NCBI RefSeq assembly: GCF_009914755.1
Contig: NC_060934.1
Direction: 5' to 3' (one strand)
Length of the DNA stretch: 64,000 bases
Source: the human T2T-CHM13v2.0 reference genome, Homo sapiens
The position numbers and the translations under genes are program-made. Positions 57,201 to 64,000 of this stretch are shown one piece after another. Under the pieces are notes generated by a model. That model saw nothing but the letters and a program-made list of their open reading frames with translations. It was not told the DNA's origin and made no database searches. The number at the start of each line of letters is the position of its first letter. Within the stretch, counting starts at the first letter, position 1.

Positions 57201-57465
57201 CTTTGCAGTGGCATATTATCCCTTATATGCAAGTGATTTATTGAGGGAATACTTTCAGATGAAACCATAGGAGTAAGGAAAATAGGATAGGCAGAGATCA
57301 GCAAACCTGTGGGTTCCCCAGAAGTCTAGCTTTAACCTAATCTCGGGGAATTCTAGAGCTTGAATGACATCTCAGAATTAGCTCACCTTGAGGTAGAGGG
57401 GCTGAGTTTTTACCTTAACCTGCAACAATCTTTCCTTCACTGCAGGCTGTTCTGTCTCTCCGTCT

Positions 57466-57488
57466 GTGTGTGTGTGCACGTTTGTGTG

Positions 57489-57521
<33 letters not shown>
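57466..57521. repeat. (TG)n microsatellite
   Basis: Interrupted TG tract. Confidence 0.9.
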
Positions 57522-57522
<1 letters not shown>

Positions 57523-57794
57523 GGAGGCATATAACCTCCCAGGCATCAATGTTGTGTGGAGTGCTTCTCATCTGTAGACAAGGTACAACTGTGAGTCCTT
57601 AGCAGTGGGAGGTGAGTGCACCACCAGGTAAAGGAAGCTACTATATACTCCAGCAGCTAGAAAATATCCAGCCACATTGTGCCGAAAATGTCAAAAGGAA
57701 TAAGTGACAGAATGTTTTCATTTTTCTGTTTTGTTATTTATTTTGACTTTTTAGTGGATTAAAACCCCTAATCTTCCCAATCTTGGCTTTTTAT

Positions 57795-58600
57795 TTTATT
57801 TTTAAATTGTGATAAAATTCATATAACATAAGATTTAGCATTTTAATAATTTCTACATATAAAGTTATTTGGCATTAAGTACAATTTACATTGTTCTGCC
57901 ACCATTATCATCTATCTCCACAACTTTTTTTTTTTTTTTTTTTTTTGAGACAGAGTCTTGTTCTGTAGCCCAGGCTGGAGTGCAGTGGCGTGATCTCGCT
58001 CACTGCTGACTCCACCTCTTGCTCCCAGTTTAAGCAATTCTGCCTCAGCCTCCTGAGTAGCTGGCATGCACCACCATGCCCACCTAATTTTTGTATTTTT
58101 AGTAGAGACGGGGTTTCACCATGTTGCCAGACTGGTCTTGAACTCCTGACCTCGTGATCCACCCGCCTCGGCCTCCCAAAGTGCTGGGATGACAGGCGTG
58201 AGCCACTGCGCCTGGCTCTCCACAACTGTTTTATCTTCCCAAGCTGAAACTCTTATTAAACACTAACTCCCATTCCCCAGTTTTCACCAGCCCTTGGCAA
58301 CCAGCATTTTACTTTCTATCTCTATGACTATGATTACTCTAGATACCTAATATAAGTGGAATTATATGTTTTTCTGTTACGGGTTTATTTCACTAAGCAT
58401 AATGTCCTCAAGATTTATCCACATTGTAGCACATGTCATACTTTTCTTCCTTTTTTAGGCAGAATGAAAGCCCATTGTATGTATATATTACATTTTGTTT
58501 ATCTGTCATTTATCAGTGGACATTTGTGTTGCGTCCTCCTTTTGACTATTGTGAATAATGCTGCAGTGAACATGGGTGTACCAATATCTGTTTGAGTGCA
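57795..58600 (-). mobile_element. L1MB-type 3' end with an antisense AluS (57925-58216)
   Basis: L1M 3' text; Alu TSD TCTCCACAACT. Confidence 0.75.
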
Positions 58601-59966
58601 GTGCCTGGTTTTCCCAGGCCAGTCTCTGAGGTTTGTTCTCACTGCAGGAAGGCTCTTCTTCACTTTTTCTTTTCCTGGTTCTCTTGGGTAAACTTGCTGA
58701 CTTAGAATTTAGCTTATTACTCTCATGAAGCTACCAACCTCCTTTCAATTGCTTAATACCAGAGTCTTCATTGTTTTCAAGAGCACCCTTATGTTTGTGC
58801 TTCTCCACACTCTGTTCTACATAAGGTCAGTGTCTTTGGGGAATTCTTTGGAGCTCTTTGTACTTACCTTCTACCTCACCCCCTGATTATAATCCTTGAG
58901 CCACTGCTCTAGATCTGGGGGCACGAACAGTGGCCTCCCTCTCTTGGAGTGATATCCTTGCTTTAAGAGCATGGTGCTGGGTGAGATGGCAGTCTCTGGT
59001 CTTGGCTTGCCTCTCTCAGTGTGGAGCCTCTCTCGTATGAGCAGGCCAAAGTGAGGGCAGCTGGGTCCCCAATATCCATGGTTGTTATTACTGTGGTATA
59101 GCCTCTGTTCTATGACATCCTCCAGGGGCTGGGAGGATGAAGGAGGGCTGGGTGGAAGAATGGAGCCCTTATTCTCTCTGCCATACTCACCTTTTTTTTT
59201 TAGCCTCTGCAACACAGTTGGGGCAGGTGTAAGAAATTCTGAATGCCTGTCCTTTCTTTGGCTCTTGACTGAAACCCTGGCAGGAAAGAGAGCCCTGCCT
59301 TCTCAGCTACTGCCACTGGGTAGATCTGTCACCTGAACTGGTGGTTGGGAAAAGGTGGATGTGGGTCATGGGTCAAGGGCCACAAACTCTTACTGTTCTT
59401 ACCAAGTATGTAGTATATTTTCTTGGATAAATGTTTCTTATTTTCCTGTATGCTCTTAGGACAATTTTCAGAAATTCAAATGGTGTTTTAAAAAAATAAT
59501 TTTCATTAGTTAGAGTTGTTTCATTAGGGAACAGGTTTGTGGAATTAGGGTTGTTTCACTAGGGAACAGGTTTGTGGATTTCCTCACACTTTTATTCCAG
59601 AAGTGTATCCCCCTCAAATATTATTCTTGTTTTATTTTTTCCTAAATAGAGGTAACATCAATGTAAAAAACAGCCATTTTAAAATGTGTATTTCAGTGAC
59701 ATTTAGTACATTCACAGTGCTGTGCAGCCATCGTCTCTATCTAGTTTTAAAACATTTTTCATCATTACAGAAAGAAACCTTGTACACATTAAATAGTCAC
59801 TCTTCATTTTCTCTCTTCTAGCCCCTGGCAACCAGTTTTCTGCTTTCTATGATTTTACCTATTTTGGATATTTCATGTAATAGAGGAATATAATATGTGG
59901 TTTTTGTGTGTGTCTGGCTTCTTCCACTTTAGCGTGCTCATTTATATTGTAGCATGAATCAATACT

Positions 59967-60325
59967 TGTTATGTCTGAAGTTTCATGCCACCCCCCCCAT
60001 AATTCATATGTTAAAACCTAAATCACCAATGTGATAGTTTGAGGTAGGTCATTTGGGTGGTAGTTAGGTCATGAGGGCACATCACTCATGAATGGGACCG
60101 GTAGTAGTCTTATGAGAGAGAGAGAGAGATCCTGAGAGCTAGCTTGCCCCTTCCACCATGTGAGGATGCAGTTACAAGGCACCATCTATGAACCAGAACT
60201 CACTAGACATGAATCTGCTGTGATCTTGACTTCCCAGCCTCCAGAGCTGTGAGAAAGAAATTTCTGTTGTCTGTAAGCTACCCAGTCTACAGTATTTAGT
60301 TATAGCAGTCCATATGGACTGCTAT
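59967..60325 (+). mobile_element. MST/MLT1A-type MaLR LTR inside an antisense L1M 3' end (59640-60590)
   Basis: AATTCATATGTT...GACTTCCCAGCCTCCAGAGCTGTGAGAAA. Confidence 0.7.
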
Positions 60326-61152
60326 GTGGGCAATACCAAGAAAAATCCTGTCTCAAGAAAAAAAGTACTACTCTTTTTATGGCTGAATAATTCTCATTAT
60401 ATAGATAGTCCACATTTTATTTATTCATTCATTAGTTGATGAACATTTGTTTCTACCTTTTGGTGGTTGAGAATATGCTGCTATGAACATTCATGTACAA
60501 GTTTTGGTTGAATGCCTATGTTCAGTATTTGGGGTAATTACCTAAGAGTGGAACTGTTGGGTCATATGGTAATTCTGTATTTAACTTTTAGAGTCTATTT
60601 TGTGAAGTGTCAATAGTTTGGAGTGCACAAGTCTCTGAAACTGCCCTTCATTGTTGAAGATACAAGCTCGACTTAACAGCCTATAGCAGAGCTTTTAGGC
60701 AAGCATCAGAGTATAATAAAACTATCTGTAGATGATGGACTTTAACAGCTATAGCTAATTAATCAGTGTAACCAATAATATGAGAATGGAAGAGAGTAAA
60801 ATTTCCTATCAGGTTTATTACATAACAGCTACTTTAAAAGTTTGATCAATGAAAACACAATATCGATAGCAAGGGCATTGGCAAATCTCCAGGGACTTCC
60901 CATAAAGAGTACAGTTTCAGAAATGTTTGTGTTAGTACATTTTTTACCTATAGACATTTAATCTAGGAAGGCTAAGCATCTCTTTTAATTTGATAACTCT
61001 TCCCATGCAATTTTTACTAGAGTAGCACATCCAACAAACCTAATAGTTTCTTGCATTTCATTTTTTGTAAGCTGAAAGAATAAATAACTGAACTGTTCTA
61101 GGGTTCCTCTGGGAAACCTTAAAGATAATTTTAGGTGTAAAAGATGTCTTGA

Positions 61153-61650
<498 letters not shown>

Positions 61651-62130
61651 TTATCTATTTAGTTAACATGAAAATGAATCATTTAAAAATAAACATAGAT
61701 AACTTGATTGTGAAGAACCTCAGCTCTTTCATAAGTGAGAAGAAACCTTTTTTGCTTGCTTAAATAATAAAAAGTATAATAAAGTCCCTATGAAACACAG
61801 AAAATTATTCTGGCAAACAGACTCACTGTTATATAGGCGGATTACACAGAAGGTAAAGAGTAACCTTTCGTATTGTAGGCAGAGGCATTAACAAATAACC
61901 AAGGAAACAAGCCCAACAAGATTAAGCAAATGTTGCTAAGTTTGTAACATATTTCATAACTGGTTTTCAGACTCAGGTATTATAAACCAAGGCAGATATA
62001 CATCATTTTCCAAGTTTTGTCCTTCACTGTGCTCTTTCATATTCTGAAACAAACACTTGACTCTAGAGCACTGGTTCTTTGTTTGGGGTCTGTGAGGTCA
62101 AAATTATTTTTAAATAATCCTAAAAGGTTA

Positions 62131-62636
62131 TGATGATGAAATTTTATGTGTCGACTTAACTAGGTTAAGGGCTGCCCAGATAGCTGGTGAAACATTATTT
62201 CTGGGTGTTCCAGTGAGGGTGTTTCTGGAAGAGACTAGCATTTGCATCAGTAGACTGAGTAAAGAAGGTCTGCCATCGCCAATGTGGGTGGACATTCAAT
62301 CCACTGAGGCCTCATGGAATAAAAAGGTGAAGGAAGGGTGAATTCTTTCTCTCTTCTTAAGCTGAGACATCTGTCTTCTCTGGCCCATGGACATCGGAAC
62401 ACCTGGTCTCAGGTCTTCAGACTGTGGGGCTTACACGAGCAGCCCCCCTGGTTTGCAGGCCTTTTGACTTGGTCTGAATTATACCACTGGCTTTCCTGGT
62501 TCTCCAGCTTGCAGACGGCATGTTATGGTACAACTTGGCTTTCATAATGGTGTGAGCCCATTCCTGTAATAAATCTTTTATATGTCTTTATATATCCTAT
62601 TAGTTTTGTTCCTTTGGAGAACCCTGACTAATTCAG
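62131..62636 (+). mobile_element. MLT2 (ERVL) solo LTR
   Basis: TTTATGTGTCGACTTAACT...CCCAGATAGCTGG...GAGAACCCTGACTAAT. Confidence 0.8.
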
Positions 62637-62838
62637 AAATTATTTATGTTAACATGCATTGCATTCATCATTGCTGTTTTCACATGAATCAATCAATAAA
62701 TGTTTTTAAAAATTCTGTTTTAATTTTTAATTGAAAAATATTGATAGTTATAATCCACGTAAACAAAATCTTTTTGGAATTCTCAATCAGTTTTAAGAGA
62801 ACAAAAATTTTGATAACTACTACTTTAGGATGAAACTA

Positions 62839-63752
62839 CAGATGACCCTTGAACAACACAGGATTTAGGGGCACTGTCCCCTCATTGCAGTCAAAAATAT
62901 GAGTATCAGCTGGGCACGGTGGCTCACGCCTGTAATTCCAGCACTTTGGGAGGCCAAGGCGGGTGAATCACTTGAGGCCAGGAGCTTGAGACCAGCCTGG
63001 CCACCATGGTGAAACCCCGTCTCTACTAAAAAAATACAAAAATTAGCCAGGCGTGGTGGCGTGCGCCTGTAATCCCAGCTGCTTAGGAGGCTGAGGTGGG
63101 AGGATAGCTTTAACCCCATGAGGTGGAGGTTGCAGTGAGCCAAGATTGCGCCACTGCACTCCAGCCTGGGCGACAGAGGGAGACGCCTCCCGGGCTCAAG
63201 CGATCTCTCGCCTCAGCCTCCTGAATAGCTGGGATTACAGGTGTACGCCACCACACCCAACTAATTTTTGCATTTTTTTTTTAGTAGAGACAGAGTTTCA
63301 CCATGTTGGTCAGGCTGGTCTCGAACTTCTGGCCTCAAGTGATTTGCCTGCCTCGGCCTCCCAAAGTGCTGGCCTGGCCGAGTATCACTTTTGACTCCCA
63401 AAACTTAACTACTAATGGCCTACTGTTGACTGGAAGCCTTACTGATAACCTAACAATCAAAACATGTTTTCTATGTTATGTTTATTATCTACTGTATTCT
63501 TACAATAAAGTAAGTGAGAGAAAAGAAAATGTTATTAAGAAAAACATAAGGAAGAGAAACTATATTAATATCCACTAAGTGGAAGTGGGTCACCATAAAA
63601 GTCTTCATCCTCATCATTTTCATGTTGAGTAGGCTGAGGAGGAGATGGGAGGAGTTGGTCTTGCTGTCTCAGGGGTGGCAAAGGCAGAAGAAAATTGTGT
63701 ATATATAAGTGAATCTGCATAGTTCAAACCTGTGTTGTTCAAGGGTTAAGTG
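62839..63752 (-). mobile_element. Tigger2a/MER28-like MITE interrupted by an Alu pair
   Basis: TIRs CAGATGACCCTTGAACAACAC / GTGTTGTTCAAGGGTTAAGTG; TA on both flanks. Confidence 0.8.
62909..63379. mobile_element. Tail-to-tail fused inverted Alu pair (+ 62909-63184, - 63185-63379)
   Basis: No poly(A) at the junction; GAGTATCA on both flanks. Confidence 0.88.
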
Positions 63753-64000
63753 TACTCAATTTTCTTGAAAAATAAAAGCATCTACACAATTGTATTATAT
63801 TTCTCTCTTACTATTTTTCCTAGTATTATCTTAACTGCTGGTAATGATTTTAAATTTTTAATCCAAGTAACTAATTTATATTTCACATTAAAACACTGGG
63901 ATTAAACATTGAGAACTGTCTGTTGTACACAAGAATTTTATCACACTTGGAAAACTCATGAGCACACGTAATATAAACTCCTATAGCCACAAACATTCCT

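Overview
Human genomic DNA (a human-specific AluYb8 is present) containing the 5' end of EXOC6 (SEC15L1, exocyst subunit) on the + strand. The canonical first coding exon (MAENSESLGTVPEHERILQEIESTDTACVGPTLR, 46204-46304) lies in a CpG island. An alternative first coding exon 13.8 kb upstream (MLEEETDQTYENVLAEIQSFELPIEATLR, 32401-32486) ends in the same phase and resembles it at the protein level. A further ETS-rich promoter/exon at ~28.7-29.0 kb would splice in frame to add a Cys-rich 21-aa extension beginning Met-Cys-Cys. I found no downstream common exon in the window. The rest is repeat-dense: about 45 Alus, old L1M/L2/MIR, Tigger1, Tigger2a, MER20, MER45, MaLR and MLT2 LTRs, and solo LTR9 and MER41 elements; the MER41 carries two intact GAS motifs. 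Several rearrangement scars are visible: a templated insertion, an inverted filler in Tigger1, a fold-back Alu pair and a chimeric Alu. Almost all ORF-track ORFs are Alu, L1 or GC-content artefacts. Repeat subfamily calls were made by eye and repeat boundaries are approximate.
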